A stretch of 64,000 bases of DNA from Leptonemataceae bacterium (GCA_965227295.1 OZ245742.1:3776001-3840000); one strand, 5' to 3'. Positions 21,940 through 32,873 are shown, numbered from the stretch's first letter. Program-made: numbers and translations. The notes: a model not told the origin generated them from the letters alone.

Positions 21940-23703
21940 ATGATGAACCTCTTTGGTGCAACTCTGGGCGGCATGCGGACCGCCGTGATTGAGCAGGGCG
22001 CAGGCGCCGCTGACAGCATTGCGCAGGGCATGCAGAATGTCTCCACCGCCGGCCTGGCCGGCAGTACCGGCGCAAGTTTTCTGAGTCATCTCCAGCAGTC
22101 GGCGGCCCCGGCGCAAAAGCCCCCGGAGAAACCGGCGGAACGTGCGCCGGAAGAAGTGCCGGACGATCGCAAAGCGGATAACGCGCAGGACCGCCGCAGC
22201 GAAGAGAGCCGTCGTTCGGACGAACAGGCGCCGGGCACCGACCAGGCCCGTGATGATCGCGAAGTGCGTGATGCTCGCGAGGCGCGTGAAAATCGTGAAG
22301 CCCGTGAAAATCGCGAGGCACGTGAAAATCGTGAAGCCCGTGAGGAGCGCCGGACAGAAGAGAAGGCCGGTGATTCCGAATCCCGGAAGGCCGGAGAGCA
22401 GCAGGACGAGCAACGAGCGGTCGCCGAAGAACGGTCGGACCGACGCAATCATAAGAACGAAGACGAAGCGACGCCGGCGAAGGACGCCTCTGTCCAGCAG
22501 GATGGAAATGACGGTCGCAAGAAGTCCGTACGAGTCGCCGAAGATGCTCAGGACGCTCCGAAGGTCGTAAAGAACGAAGATCAACCGGCGGCGCAGGCTC
22601 CGAAGCAGGACGACGGCAAGGTGCTCCTTCGCATGCGCGGTCGTATGGCCGGTGAAGAGCAGAACGCGGAACCACACAACGAAAAAGCCGGTCGCGCAAA
22701 AGAAGGCGAGGCGGGTCTTGCGCCCGCGGCCAAAGACGTACCGACTGCCACCGCACCGAATCAGCGCGAGAAGATTCTGGACGCCGTGAAGGCCGAGCTC
22801 GCCGCAAAAACGGAACGCGAGCAGGCCGGCAAACAAGAACGGGCCGGCGAAGAGCGCAAAGCCGACACATCGCGGCGCGAACGCATTGAGCTCGACCCGA
22901 CTAAGTGGAACATTCACGGACGCGTGCAACGCGAAGGCAATACGTCGAATCAGAACGGTAGTACGATCGAAGCGCGCCTTGAAGCCATGATGCGCGAGTA
23001 TGCCGGCAAAGCAGCGAACGCAAACTCCAAATCGAAGGGAGAAGGCCGCGGGGATCGTGAAGGCGGCGAACAATCGAATCGCGGCGGCAGCCCGGTGCGG
23101 GCGAACATCAACGATCTCGGCACTTTTGCCAACGCCGTGAACGCCGACGCCACGGACGCTTTGAGCGCGAGCCGGCAAAAAGAACAACTCGTCCAGGATA
23201 ACCGGCGGCTGTTCAACGAACTCGTACAAAAAGCGAAAGTCAACGTGCAGGCCAACGGCAACTCCACGGCGAGCATCCGCATGAATCCGGAGGCCCTGGG
23301 GCGCATGACTTTGAACTTAGAAGTGCATCGCAATCAGGTACACGCCCGCATCGTAGTCGAGACAGACGCCGCGCGCAAGATGCTGATGGACGAGATGGAT
23401 CACCTGCGCCAGGAACTGGGTCGCCAGGGCATCCAGGTGGAGAGCCTGAGCATCCGCGTGCGGGAGCCGGGTTCATCGCAGTTCGGCAGCATGCAGGGTG
23501 ACGGTCAACGTCACGGCGGCGAAAGCATCGACGCCCGTTCCGGTGACAGCTCCGGGGATCGAGCACAGGACCGCGAAGAAAGCGGTAGTGACGATGTGAG
23601 CTTACGCCGGGAACAGGCCGCCGGGGACTACGACGAGCACGGTTCGGTAACGTCCGATGTGCGTGCGCGCCTGGAAGACCTGGCCGTAAATATCAGCGTA
23701 TAA
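21940..23703 (+). CDS. fliK: Flagellar hook-length control protein FliK
   Basis: Long charged, low-complexity N-terminus; ASIRMNPEALGRM C-domain; precedes flgD-flgE. Confidence 0.85.
   Translation: MMNLFGATLGGMRTAVIEQGAGAADSIAQGMQNVSTAGLAGSTGASFLSHLQQSAAPAQKPPEKPAERAPEEVPDDRKADNAQDRRSEESRRSDEQAPGTDQARDDREVRDAREARENREARENREARENREAREERRTEEKAGDSESRKAGEQQDEQRAVAEERSDRRNHKNEDEATPAKDASVQQDGNDGRKKSVRVAEDAQDAPKVVKNEDQPAAQAPKQDDGKVLLRMRGRMAGEEQNAEPHNEKAGRAKEGEAGLAPAAKDVPTATAPNQREKILDAVKAELAAKTEREQAGKQERAGEERKADTSRRERIELDPTKWNIHGRVQREGNTSNQNGSTIEARLEAMMREYAGKAANANSKSKGEGRGDREGGEQSNRGGSPVRANINDLGTFANAVNADATDALSASRQKEQLVQDNRRLFNELVQKAKVNVQANGNSTASIRMNPEALGRMTLNLEVHRNQVHARIVVETDAARKMLMDEMDHLRQELGRQGIQVESLSIRVREPGSSQFGSMQGDGQRHGGESIDARSGDSSGDRAQDREESGSDDVSLRREQAAGDYDEHGSVTSDVRARLEDLAVNISV
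22276..22345 (+). repeat. 18-bp coding tandem repeat (REAREN)n inside fliK
   Basis: cgtgaaaatcgtgaagcc-like units repeated ~3.5 times. Confidence 0.8.
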
Positions 23704-23737
23704 CTATTACTGAAACAAATTTAGCAGGCTACACGAT

Positions 23738-24472
23738 ATGCCCGAAAACACGATTCTCAGCACAGAACAGGCCCGGCAGAACTACCTGGGCCAGGACCGT
23801 TCCGTTAATCTCCAGAAAAACCTGGACGAACAAAAGAAGGTCCAGGAGAGCGGCCTGCAGGACATCGAGATCCGCAAGACGGCGAAGAACCTCGGCAAAG
23901 ATGACTTCCTGCAACTGTTGATCACGCAGTTGACCTATCAGGATCCGACGTCTCCGGTAAAGGATCAGCAGTTCATCGCGCAGATGGCGCAGTTTTCCTC
24001 TCTCGAACAGATGCAGAACATGGCCACGGCCGTGAACCGCATGGCCGATCGCCAGGGGCAAAATCTCATCGGCAAGTTTATCGTCGGTAAAGATTACGTT
24101 ACCGGCGACCAGGTCTCCGGCGTTGCCGGTGCTTTCTTCTTTGATGATCAGGGCGACGCCTTCTTGAAAGTGGGCGGCCGGGCTATGTCCGTGAAGGACG
24201 TCGTGCTCGTCGGCGATCCTTCGCAATTCAAGAAAGAGGTCGGTGGAACCGGCGAAGCCCCGGCAGCGAACAATGCGGCGAAGACGCAGACCGGTTCCGG
24301 CTGGGCTCCCGCCGCGGAAGCCGCGGAGCAGCAGCCTGGGGCGGAGCCGGAACAAAAGCAAACCGAGCAGAAAAAAGCCGCCGCCGGTACGGCCTACGAA
24401 AGGAACCTGGCCCCCGCAATGAACGACGGCGGTGCGGAAAAAGCCGCTCCCGGCGGGACGGAAAGGCAATAA
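23738..24472 (+). CDS. flgD: Flagellar hook capping protein FlgD
   Basis: LGKDDFLQLLITQLTYQDP, FIAQMAQFSSLEQ. Confidence 0.93.
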   Translation: MPENTILSTEQARQNYLGQDRSVNLQKNLDEQKKVQESGLQDIEIRKTAKNLGKDDFLQLLITQLTYQDPTSPVKDQQFIAQMAQFSSLEQMQNMATAVNRMADRQGQNLIGKFIVGKDYVTGDQVSGVAGAFFFDDQGDAFLKVGGRAMSVKDVVLVGDPSQFKKEVGGTGEAPAANNAAKTQTGSGWAPAAEAAEQQPGAEPEQKQTEQKKAAAGTAYERNLAPAMNDGGAEKAAPGGTERQ

Positions 24473-24574
24473 CAATCGTAAAGATTATCGAAATAATCCC
24501 GAACCTATAAACACAAACACACGAATGTCGGTCACACAAGAATTTTCAAAGAGCACACAGGGGTACCTTAAGTT

Positions 24575-25966
24575 ATGATGCGATCGCTTTATTCCGGCGT
24601 TTCCGGTCTGAAAAACCACCAGACCCGCATGGACGTAATCGGAAACAACGTTTCGAACGTGAACACGCACGGCTTCAAGATGGAGCGCGTTACGTTCATG
24701 GATATGATTTCCCAGTCGATGGCCGGCGCTTCCGAGCCCCGGGAAAACATCGGCGGGATCAACCCGCAGCAGGTCGGCCTGGGGATGATGGTCGCTTCGA
24801 TCGACAAGATCATGACCCAGGGCTCGCTGCAAACCACCGGCAAGAACACCGACGTCGCGGTGTCCGGCGACGGTTTTTTCATTATCAAAGACGGCGACAA
24901 GGAGTTCTACACTCGCGCCGGCCAATTCAACGTGGACCGCGACGGTTTCTATGTGCATCCCGGCACCGGCCTGCGTGTACAGGGCTGGAACGCTCGTGAC
25001 GACGAGGACGGCAACAAGTTCATTAACTCCTCCTCGTCGTTGGAAAGCATTCGCATCCCCATCTACTCCAAGAAGCCTGCTAAGGCAACCCAGGAAGTAG
25101 TTTACGAATCAAACTTAAACCAGAGCGTGGAAGCGGTGCCGCCGGACGCCACTGAAGAAGACATTCAGCGTTATCTCACGGGCCCCATGCGGGACCGCCG
25201 CGGCCACGTGACGACCATCAACGTCTACGATCCCCAGGGCAACGAACACGAACTGCGCCTGGAGATGTACAAAACCGGTGAAAACCGCTGGCAGGTCCGC
25301 ACCTCGATGGAAGACGCCACGAACGTATCGGCGAACGTGATCGGCCCGGGCGGTCAGGACACGGCCATCGGCGGCAGCAACACCTTCGAGATGGGCTTTA
25401 CCTCGGACGGCCGCATCATCTCGGTCTCCGACGGCGTGGACACCGCGAACAGTGGACAGCTCGACGTGCAGCTCTCGTTCCGTATTGCCGGTAACCCGGA
25501 GACTCAGACCGTGCGCCTGAACATGGGCGAAGCCGGCGCGATGGAAGGCGTTACACAGTTCGCCTCGGACTTCACGACCCGCGCGCGTTCGCAAGACGGT
25601 TATCCCATGGGATACCTGGAGAGCTTCGCCATCGATAACACGGGCACGATCACCGGCACGTACTCCAACGGTGTGAAGGAACCCCTGGCGCGCATAGCGC
25701 TCGCGAACTTCACGAACCCGGCCGGTCTTACGAAAGAGGGCGAAACGAAGTTCAGCTACTCCATCAACTCAGGCGACCCGATCATCGGCGAAGCCGGAGT
25801 CGCCGGCCGCGGCAAGATCAACGCCGGCCTGCTGGAGATGTCGAACGTCGACCTCGCCGAGCAGTTCACCGACATGATCGTCACGCAACGCGGCTTCCAG
25901 GCCAACTCCCGGACGATCACGACGAGTGATCAGATGATCCAGGAAGTGCTGGGACTCAAACGATAA
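24575..25966 (+). CDS. flgE: Flagellar hook protein FlgE
   Basis: [43 protein letters not shown]. Confidence 0.96.
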   Translation: MMRSLYSGVSGLKNHQTRMDVIGNNVSNVNTHGFKMERVTFMDMISQSMAGASEPRENIGGINPQQVGLGMMVASIDKIMTQGSLQTTGKNTDVAVSGDGFFIIKDGDKEFYTRAGQFNVDRDGFYVHPGTGLRVQGWNARDDEDGNKFINSSSSLESIRIPIYSKKPAKATQEVVYESNLNQSVEAVPPDATEEDIQRYLTGPMRDRRGHVTTINVYDPQGNEHELRLEMYKTGENRWQVRTSMEDATNVSANVIGPGGQDTAIGGSNTFEMGFTSDGRIISVSDGVDTANSGQLDVQLSFRIAGNPETQTVRLNMGEAGAMEGVTQFASDFTTRARSQDGYPMGYLESFAIDNTGTITGTYSNGVKEPLARIALANFTNPAGLTKEGETKFSYSINSGDPIIGEAGVAGRGKINAGLLEMSNVDLAEQFTDMIVTQRGFQANSRTITTSDQMIQEVLGLKR

Positions 25967-25992
25967 GTTAACGTAACTTAGCTACCCATCGG

Positions 25993-26039
25993 AAACGGGG
26001 AGTGCTTTGGTCGAAAAGATCAGGCGCTTCCCGTTTTTT
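25993..26039 (+). terminator. Rho-independent terminator after flgE
   Basis: aaacggggagtgc...gcgcttcccgttttttc hairpin with U-tract. Confidence 0.7.
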
Positions 26040-26112
26040 CGTTGGTGGTTTTGTCCCATTCGTAACTTTCGAGATTCTACTTTCGCCCACTTTGATTTAA
26101 GCTTTTCCATTT

Positions 26113-26279
26113 GGGCGTTCCCCTCCGCGCTTCGCGCTTAGAGGGGAGCAACTGCCGCAGCCCCGACCAGCGGGGCTTTGGCGGTCGCGCTTTCCGGGAC
26201 TCCGCTTTCGCTACGGTCTCAGCCGCTCCGCGTCTGAGACTGGCCCTTCGGGCCATCCCTCCAATCGCTAACGCAAGAA
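26113..26279 (-). repeat. Structured REP-like element, family C
   Basis: Reverse complement shares gattgg..ggg / agtctc..gagacc / agcgaaagcggag.ccc.gaaagc / cgccc blocks with 58522 and 60733. Confidence 0.75.
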
Positions 26280-26344
26280 CCGCGCCCACCCACCACCTTG
26301 AATCCTCTCTTCCTCGGTGGTAAAATCCGATCTCACGACCGCAC

Positions 26345-26377
26345 AAAAAAACCCCGGGACTCTCGCATCCCGGGGTT
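26345..26377 (-). terminator. Rho-independent terminator after pckA
   Basis: aaccccggga-N8-tcccggggtt followed by T7 on minus strand. Confidence 0.8.
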
Positions 26378-26410
26378 CGTTTTTGAACTGCTAAACTGGA
26401 GGAGTGGAGA

Positions 26411-27997
26411 TCAGCTCACCTGCGGTCCGTGAGCCGTGAAATCGAATTCGCTGCCGCCGCCCACGTACTGAGCGAAGTTCTTCACGAACATGCCGGCCAG
26501 CTTCTTCGCCTGGGCTTCGTAATCGTCGCGGCTGGACCATGATTCCCACGGATGCAGGAGGTCTTTCGCCACGTCGCCCATTTTGTCCGGAACGCTCAGA
26601 TTCAGAACTGCATGGTGCGTATACTGGTCGTGATCCAGGGAACCGTCGAAGATGCCGTCGATAATGGAACGCGTGAGTTTGATCTTCATGCGGTTGCCGA
26701 CGCCGTACGGGCCGCCGGCCCAGCCCGTGTTCACGAGATAAGCCTTAACATTGTGCTTCTTCATTTTTTCGCCGAGGAGGCGGGCGTACTTCGTCGGGTG
26801 CAGCGTCATGAACGCCGCGCCGAAGCAGGCCGAGAACGTCGCCGTCGGTTCGGTAACACCGCGCTCGGTGCCGGCCACTTTGGCCGTATAGCCGGAGAGA
26901 AAGTGATACATCGCCTGTTCCGGGCTGAGCCGTGCCACCGCCGGCAGAACGCCGAAGGCATCGCAGGTCAGGAAGATGATGTTTTCCGGATGACCGGCCA
27001 CGCCGCTTTCAATGCGGTTGGGAATGTGGAAGATGGGATAGCTGACACGGGTGTTCTCGGTCTTCGCATTGGAAGAGTAGTCCACCGCACCGTCGCCGCC
27101 GACGACCACGTTTTCGAGGAGTGCGTCTTTCTTGATGGCGTTATAGATGAGCGGTTCATCGTCCGGGTTCAGGTTGATCACTTTTGCATAGCAACCGCCT
27201 TCAAGGTTCCAGATACCTTCGTCGTCCCAGCCGTGCTCGTCGTCGCCGATGAGCGGGCGCTTGGGATCGGTGGAGAGGGTGGTCTTGCCGGTGCCGGAGA
27301 GACCGAAGAACAGTGCGGCATCGCCCTTGTCTTTGCCGACGTTGGCCGAGCAGTGCATCGTGAGGATGCCTTCCAGGGGCTTGTAGTAGTTCATTACGGA
27401 GAAGATGCCTTTCTTCATTTCCCCGCCGTACTCGGTGCCGCCGATGATGGCGATGCGTTTTGCCAGGTGAAAGAGTACGAAGACTTCGGAGTTGAGGCCG
27501 TGCTTTTGCCAGTCCTCGTTCTTCAGGCCGGAAGCGTTCAGGATGGTGAAGTCCGGTTCGAAGTTGGCGAGCTCGCTTTCTTGCGGGCGGATAAACATGT
27601 TCGTGCAGAAGTGATGCTGCCAGGCGCGTTCGGATACTACGCGCAGAGAGAGGCGGGTGCTCTTGCGCGCACCGGCGAAGCCGTCGAATACGTAGAGCGG
27701 TTTGCCGGAGAGGTGGCCGAGGACCTTGCCGTAGAGTTCGTCGAAGACTTCTTCGGAGCAGGACTTGTTAATGTCACCCCACCAGAGGTTTTCTTTGCTG
27801 GACGGCTCTTCTACGAAGAATTTGTCCTTCGGGGAGCGGCCGGTGAAAATACCGGTGTCCACGGTCATGGCGCCCTGCGCGGTCAGCGATGTTTCGCCGT
27901 TTTTCTTTTCATGTTCGAAAATGTCGTCGTAGCTCAAGTTGTGATACACAACCGGAGTGTTTTGAATTCCCGAGATTTGAATCTCCGTAGTTTTCAT
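26411..27997 (-). CDS. pckA: PEP carboxykinase (ATP)
   Basis: [49 protein letters not shown]. Confidence 0.97.
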   Translation of the reverse strand: MKTTEIQISGIQNTPVVYHNLSYDDIFEHEKKNGETSLTAQGAMTVDTGIFTGRSPKDKFFVEEPSSKENLWWGDINKSCSEEVFDELYGKVLGHLSGKPLYVFDGFAGARKSTRLSLRVVSERAWQHHFCTNMFIRPQESELANFEPDFTILNASGLKNEDWQKHGLNSEVFVLFHLAKRIAIIGGTEYGGEMKKGIFSVMNYYKPLEGILTMHCSANVGKDKGDAALFFGLSGTGKTTLSTDPKRPLIGDDEHGWDDEGIWNLEGGCYAKVINLNPDDEPLIYNAIKKDALLENVVVGGDGAVDYSSNAKTENTRVSYPIFHIPNRIESGVAGHPENIIFLTCDAFGVLPAVARLSPEQAMYHFLSGYTAKVAGTERGVTEPTATFSACFGAAFMTLHPTKYARLLGEKMKKHNVKAYLVNTGWAGGPYGVGNRMKIKLTRSIIDGIFDGSLDHDQYTHHAVLNLSVPDKMGDVAKDLLHPWESWSSRDDYEAQAKKLAGMFVKNFAQYVGGGSEFDFTAHGPQVS

Positions 27998-28102
27998 GAA
28001 TGTACCTCGAAGTATTCCGGCCCGAACGCAGCGAACGCACACAGGGAACCGGGATGAGCAGGGTACGGCGGAAGTGTACCCTGTCAACTTCAATATAGCA
28101 CG

Positions 28103-29116
28103 TTAACGCCGTATGGAGCCACCCACGGGCAGAACGTGGATGGAATTTTTTTCCAGGCCGCGGAGGGCCGCGAGTTCCGGCAGGATGCGTGCCGGTTCGT
28201 GCACCGCTTCGTCGGCGAGGTCGAAGCAGCCCCAGTGAATGCCCAGCATGCGATCGGCCTCCAGGTCGAGGAAGGCCTGCAGGGATTCGGCGGGGTCCAC
28301 GTGGATTTCTTTCATGAGCCAGCGGGGCATGTAAGAACCGATCGGGATCAGGGCCACGTCCATCGGTCCCAGGACGGCGCGGATTTCTTTAAAGTGCGGG
28401 CCGTAGCCGGAGTCTCCGGCGAAGTAGATATGCGTACCGATTGAGCGATCCGCGACGCTCCAACTGCACCAGAGCGAACGATCCCGGTCAAACGCACCCC
28501 GGCCGGAAAAATGCTTCGCCGGCAGGCAATGGAAGGCCAGTTCCTCAAGCTCAATGAACTGCCACCAATCGAACTCGCAGACCCGGGTGAGACCCTCGGC
28601 CCGCAGCGGCGCCTCAAGGCCCAGCGGTACGAGAAAGCGCGGTCGGAAGCGGTGTTCCAGGCGGAGGAGCGAGGGCATGTCCAGGTGGTCGTAATGATCG
28701 TGCGAGATCAGGACGACGTCCACCCGGGGTAGGTCTTCGATTTCGATGGGCACGTCGTGCAGTCGACTGAGGCCGATGCCAGGAACCGGCCCGATGCGCT
28801 TGCTGAAGACCGGGTCCGTTAGGATGGTCCGCCGGCCGGAGCGGATCAGGGCTGTGGCGTGGCCGAGCCAGGTGACCTCGTACCGGTTTACCGTTCTCTG
28901 GAGCTGTTGCGGGTCGATCGGTTTCACCGGCGTGGGGTCGAAGCCCGGGAAACGAAACAGGCGGCCGGCAATCCACAGCGCGGTCTTCCATGCGGGGGGC
29001 TGCGGAACCTGCGGACCCCACGGGTTCCGATAACCGCCCTCGGACCGGTGATGGGACGTAGAATAACGGTCGTGATTGCGAATCTGGTTTTTAGGATCGA
29101 TGACTGACGCTTTCAT
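28103..29116 (-). CDS. MBL-fold metallo-hydrolase (NAPE-PLD/RomA-like)
   Basis: WLGHA, SHDHYDHLD, YFAGDSGY, IHWG. Confidence 0.88.
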   Translation of the reverse strand: MKASVIDPKNQIRNHDRYSTSHHRSEGGYRNPWGPQVPQPPAWKTALWIAGRLFRFPGFDPTPVKPIDPQQLQRTVNRYEVTWLGHATALIRSGRRTILTDPVFSKRIGPVPGIGLSRLHDVPIEIEDLPRVDVVLISHDHYDHLDMPSLLRLEHRFRPRFLVPLGLEAPLRAEGLTRVCEFDWWQFIELEELAFHCLPAKHFSGRGAFDRDRSLWCSWSVADRSIGTHIYFAGDSGYGPHFKEIRAVLGPMDVALIPIGSYMPRWLMKEIHVDPAESLQAFLDLEADRMLGIHWGCFDLADEAVHEPARILPELAALRGLEKNSIHVLPVGGSIRR

Positions 29117-29420
29117 TAGCGGTTCCCGCTTTTCATACTGATGATACTACAACTGTACGGGCGGATTGTTGCGTAAATTTGACGCTCCTGAGAAGAGTTT
29201 TGTGCGCCGCAAAAAGAGTCTAGCGTGTTTTTTTCTGAAACTGTGAATTTTATGTCTCAAATGAACGCTGTTTTGCACAGGATTTCGCGTTTCCCGGAGT
29301 CGGAGTTCCTACAAAAATTGCGAAAACTCCCGCGGATCGGCGAAGAGCAGCGCACCAGGGTGTCAGTTTCTGATGAGACATAACACGTTTCACGGGAAAC
29401 CGAAACAAAGCGCGAACCCG

Positions 29421-29565
29421 CACCCGCTCCGCCCCGCGAATTGAGCGGGGCTCCGGGGTGCGGGTTCGCTTGCGGGATCTTTACGAAGAAGACACCCGCT
29501 CCGCCCCGCGGATAGAGCGGGGCTCCGGGGTGCGGATTCGCTTGCGGGATCTTTACGACGAAGAC
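29421..29565. repeat. 72-bp tandem duplication
   Basis: cacccgctccgccccgcg...gggatctttacga.gaagac at 29421 and 29493. Confidence 0.85.
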
Positions 29566-29696
29566 GCCGTTCCGGTCCGCCTTACCATGCTCCCCGGCAT
29601 GACCTCCGTTCGTCAGCTGGAACCAGTTGTGACCATAAAAGTGCGAATCGAAACTGGCCTCAACTTACACCACGATTCGGGGCGTGCTCGAACGAA
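29541..29696 (-). repeat. Dispersed inverted partial copy of the ~330-bp family B repeat
   Basis: Reverse complement aligns by eye with 36650-36803 (ttcgttcga..ccgaatcgtgg.gtaagt..ctggttccag..cggaggt.atgccgggg..accggaacggcgtcttcgt). Confidence 0.8.
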
Positions 29697-29713
29697 CAAA
29701 AGGTTCGGCGAAT

Positions 29714-31312
29714 TCAGCGCAAGTCGACCTGAACCACGTCCACCATGTTCTCGAGTTTGCCGAGTTCGGCCAGAGCGGTTTTGTCGAGGGGTTCGTCGGT
29801 GGTGACGACGCAGTAGGCCGTGCCGCCTTTCTGGTCGCGGCTGAGTTCCAGGTGGGCGATGTTGACCTTGTGGTTTCCCAGGAAACCACCGATGTTGCCG
29901 ATCATGCCGGGGAGGTCGCGGTTCTTCAGGACCACGAGAATGCCCTCGGGCTTGAACTCCAGGGGCAGGCCGAACATGGAATAAACCATCGGCTCGTTCT
30001 TGATCGCCGTGTAGCTGAGTTCGACTTTGTCGCCGTTGTTGGACTGGAACGTTACGCGCACGAAGCTGGAGAATCCTTTCGCTTCGGCGGTGTTGTTCTC
30101 GTTTACATTAATGCCGCGTTCTTTCGCGAGCACCGGGGCGTTGACGATGTTGACCTCGTCGCCCAGGGCCAGGGAAAGTGCGCCGGCGAGAACGGCCGTG
30201 GTCACCGGCTCGGTCATGAACTTCGAAATCTCACCACAATACTCAATGTGAATCGATTGCGGATCGCCTTTGACCAGGTGGCCGAGCAAACGTCCAATGG
30301 GCCCGCCGCCGGCGTAGTAGGGCTTCAGGAAGTCCATGGAATCCGGATCCACCGTCGGGAAGTTCAACGCGTTGCGGGCGACGCCTTTGCCGAAGTAATC
30401 GATCAATTCGTCGACGGTTTCCATGGCCACGGCGAACTCGGCGTCCCCCGTGGAAGCGCCGAGGTGCGGCGTGAGAATGGCGTTGTTGAATTTCGTGAGC
30501 GCGTGGCCTTCGGGTAGCGGCTCCTGGGTAAAAACGTCCAGTGCCACGGAGCCGATCTTGCCGGACTCAAGGCCCTCCACCAGGGCGTCCTCGTTGTAGA
30601 TGCCGCCGCGGGCGCAGTTGATGAGACGCACGCCGTCTTTGAGGTCTTTCAGGTTGTCCTTATTTACGAGATCGCGGGTGCTGTCGGTGAGCGGCGTGTG
30701 TACTGTAATGAAGTCGGCCTCGCGAATGATGTCTTCCACCTTCACGATGTCGATCTCCAGGCTGGCCAGGTTCGAGGCCTGGATGTAAGGATCAAAACCG
30801 AGTACGCGCATTTGCAGACCGCGGGCGCGCTTCACGACTTCTTTGCCGATGCGGCCGAGGCCGATCACACCGAGGGTTTTGCCGGTGAGCTCGACGCCTT
30901 TGAACTTCTTTTTCTCCCACTTGCCGGCGTGCATGGACTCGTTCGCCTGGGGCGTGAGTCGCGCGGAAGCGAACAACAAGGCGAGGGCCTGTTCCGCGGT
31001 GGAGACCGTGTTTCCACCGGGCGCGTTCATCACGATGATGCCGCGGCGCGAGGCCTCAAAGATGTTGATGTTATCCACACCGACGCCGGCGCGGATGACG
31101 ATTTTGAGATTCGGGGCCTTGTCCATGACCTCGGCGTCCACCGTGGTGGCCGAGCGGACGATCAGGCCGGCGGCGCGGCCGATGACGTCGTCGGAGAGGA
31201 GTTCTTCGCGGCTATGGCCACCCTTGTAAATGACTTCGAGATTGTCTTCGCCTTCGAGGCGCTTGATGCCTTCGGCATCGAATTTGTCGGATACGACGAT
31301 GACGTGCTTCAT
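29714..31312 (-). CDS. serA: D-3-phosphoglycerate dehydrogenase (long form, ACT domain)
   Basis: RAGVGVDNI, GLGRIG, INCARGG, TPHLGAST, DLPGMIG ACT. Confidence 0.94.
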   Translation of the reverse strand: MKHVIVVSDKFDAEGIKRLEGEDNLEVIYKGGHSREELLSDDVIGRAAGLIVRSATTVDAEVMDKAPNLKIVIRAGVGVDNINIFEASRRGIIVMNAPGGNTVSTAEQALALLFASARLTPQANESMHAGKWEKKKFKGVELTGKTLGVIGLGRIGKEVVKRARGLQMRVLGFDPYIQASNLASLEIDIVKVEDIIREADFITVHTPLTDSTRDLVNKDNLKDLKDGVRLINCARGGIYNEDALVEGLESGKIGSVALDVFTQEPLPEGHALTKFNNAILTPHLGASTGDAEFAVAMETVDELIDYFGKGVARNALNFPTVDPDSMDFLKPYYAGGGPIGRLLGHLVKGDPQSIHIEYCGEISKFMTEPVTTAVLAGALSLALGDEVNIVNAPVLAKERGINVNENNTAEAKGFSSFVRVTFQSNNGDKVELSYTAIKNEPMVYSMFGLPLEFKPEGILVVLKNRDLPGMIGNIGGFLGNHKVNIAHLELSRDQKGGTAYCVVTTDEPLDKTALAELGKLENMVDVVQVDLR

Positions 31313-31385
31313 ATACGTCAGGATTCTGGTGCGGCGCACCGTGGCAAGTGGAACAAGGGAGGATCGCTAACGCGAAGAGCTGTAC

Positions 31386-31814
31386 TTACGAAGCGTGGTG
31401 CACAATCATCTTCCACGAACCATTGTGGCGGCGGTACACGTTCGTGGCATGCACGGCACCCTCAAGCACCACCGCATCGCCCGCCGCGGTTTTCGTCGGT
31501 GCGCCGGCCTCCGGGGCCGTGCGGAGAATCTCGACGCAAGATACTACGGCCAGCTCCCCGTCCACGAAGATGACCTCGTCGGCGACTTCGAACTCCATGT
31601 AGCCGGTATGCGTGAAGATGCGCGACCAGCTTTCCATGACCGCGGCGAAACCGACCAGCGGCCGCCAGCCAGGGTGGACGCATTTCACATGAACGTTTTC
31701 GAGGTCCAGCCAGCAACGGCGCATGCGTTCCACCTGCAACGATTCGAAGGCCCGGTAGAACTCGCGGTTCGCTTTGCGGACTTCTTCAATCACTGATTCG
31801 ACGGCTTCGCTCAT
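31386..31814 (-). CDS. NTF2-like / SnoaL-like protein
   Basis: ANREFYRAFE, CVHPGW, ATNVY, WKMIVHHAS. Confidence 0.85.
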   Translation of the reverse strand: MSEAVESVIEEVRKANREFYRAFESLQVERMRRCWLDLENVHVKCVHPGWRPLVGFAAVMESWSRIFTHTGYMEFEVADEVIFVDGELAVVSCVEILRTAPEAGAPTKTAAGDAVVLEGAVHATNVYRRHNGSWKMIVHHAS

Positions 31815-31838
31815 AGACTGAATCCTCTTCCGCGCAAG

Positions 31839-32873
31839 CTAGCCATCCCGGCCGCTGTGAACCAGGTCTTCGGGTTTGCGCAGGACCGGCCCGCCGGCCA
31901 GCCAGCGCCGAACTCGGCCCGTAAGGCTCTCGTCTATTTCCGGTTCGTCGCGGTAATCTTCGAGGGTGTCGTTTACGAAACTCTCCACGAACCGAAAGAC
32001 CCGTTCCCGGGCGCGGACGTGTGTGAGGATCGGATGCATGCTCGTAAGATCGGGCGGGAGGATGAACATGTAGGCGCGTTTCTCGCGGCTCTGAATATGA
32101 TTGTGGACGTAGATCTGATTTTCCGCGGACACCGTGCGATCGTTGGCGGCGATGATGGAACAGTACGGCACCGAGATGCGGCCCAGGCCGCGGCGGATAC
32201 CACCGAGGGCTGTCTTCAGGCTGTGCAGCGCATGCATGGAAACCTCGCCGCCGTAACCGACCCACGGCATCAGCTTTTCGGCGGTCCGCGGGCGGTTGAT
32301 GTCCAGCTTCACGATGGGCTGGACAATTTTCAGGATGCCTGACAGCGCCGTGGCCGGCTGATGCATGATGAATCTTCCATTAAAGAAGCCGTTGAAGAAG
32401 ACCGGTGAGGCGATCGTAATGATGCCGGTGGGACGAAACGTATCCGCGTTCTTCGCGGCGACTTTGAGACAAATCGTCCCGCCCATGGAGAAACCCACGA
32501 GGAAGAGTTTGCGGTACTTCGAGCGTTCCTTGAGGTAGAGCCGCTCCATGAACTCGACATAATGTTCGAAGCGGGAGTTCTGCATGTCCTCGACCCGGGT
32601 GCCGTGGCCGGGCAAGAGCGGCCCGATGGCCGTGTGTCCGAGACCGTGCAGGAATTCGCCCAGGGGTTTCACGTTGAACGGACTGCCCCGGAATCCGTGG
32701 CAAACCAGGAAGGCCACGCCGGAATCCCCTTCAAGGCGCCACGGCTCGGCCCCTGCCATGATGTGTTCCGGTCGCGGCGCGGGCGGCGGCGGCAGACGTT
32801 TTTCGGGCAGGCCCAGGTGACCCAACAGGGCGATGCCGGCGGCAAGCAGAAGTAGCAGATAAACGAGGGTCAT
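31839..32873 (-). CDS. Alpha/beta hydrolase (carboxylesterase-like), N-terminal membrane anchor
   Basis: HGFRGSP, LPGHG, GFSMGG nucleophile motif. Confidence 0.85.
   Translation of the reverse strand: MTLVYLLLLLAAGIALLGHLGLPEKRLPPPPAPRPEHIMAGAEPWRLEGDSGVAFLVCHGFRGSPFNVKPLGEFLHGLGHTAIGPLLPGHGTRVEDMQNSRFEHYVEFMERLYLKERSKYRKLFLVGFSMGGTICLKVAAKNADTFRPTGIITIASPVFFNGFFNGRFIMHQPATALSGILKIVQPIVKLDINRPRTAEKLMPWVGYGGEVSMHALHSLKTALGGIRRGLGRISVPYCSIIAANDRTVSAENQIYVHNHIQSREKRAYMFILPPDLTSMHPILTHVRARERVFRFVESFVNDTLEDYRDEPEIDESLTGRVRRWLAGGPVLRKPEDLVHSGRDG

Noticed and set aside
21323..23229. Long minus-strand ORFs (515 aa, 440 aa) overlapping fliK
   Set aside because: Antisense shadows of GC-rich fliK; only the 3' YkgJ portion has real motifs
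26552..28057. 501-aa plus-strand ORF and similar long antisense ORFs (e.g. 50497-52350, 47530-48786, 42908-44194)
   Set aside because: They mirror well-supported genes on the opposite strand, as expected with high GC3
29302..29313. ggagttcctaca motif reminiscent of Leptospira intergenic repeats
   Set aside because: Single 12-mer with no partner in the window; insufficient support
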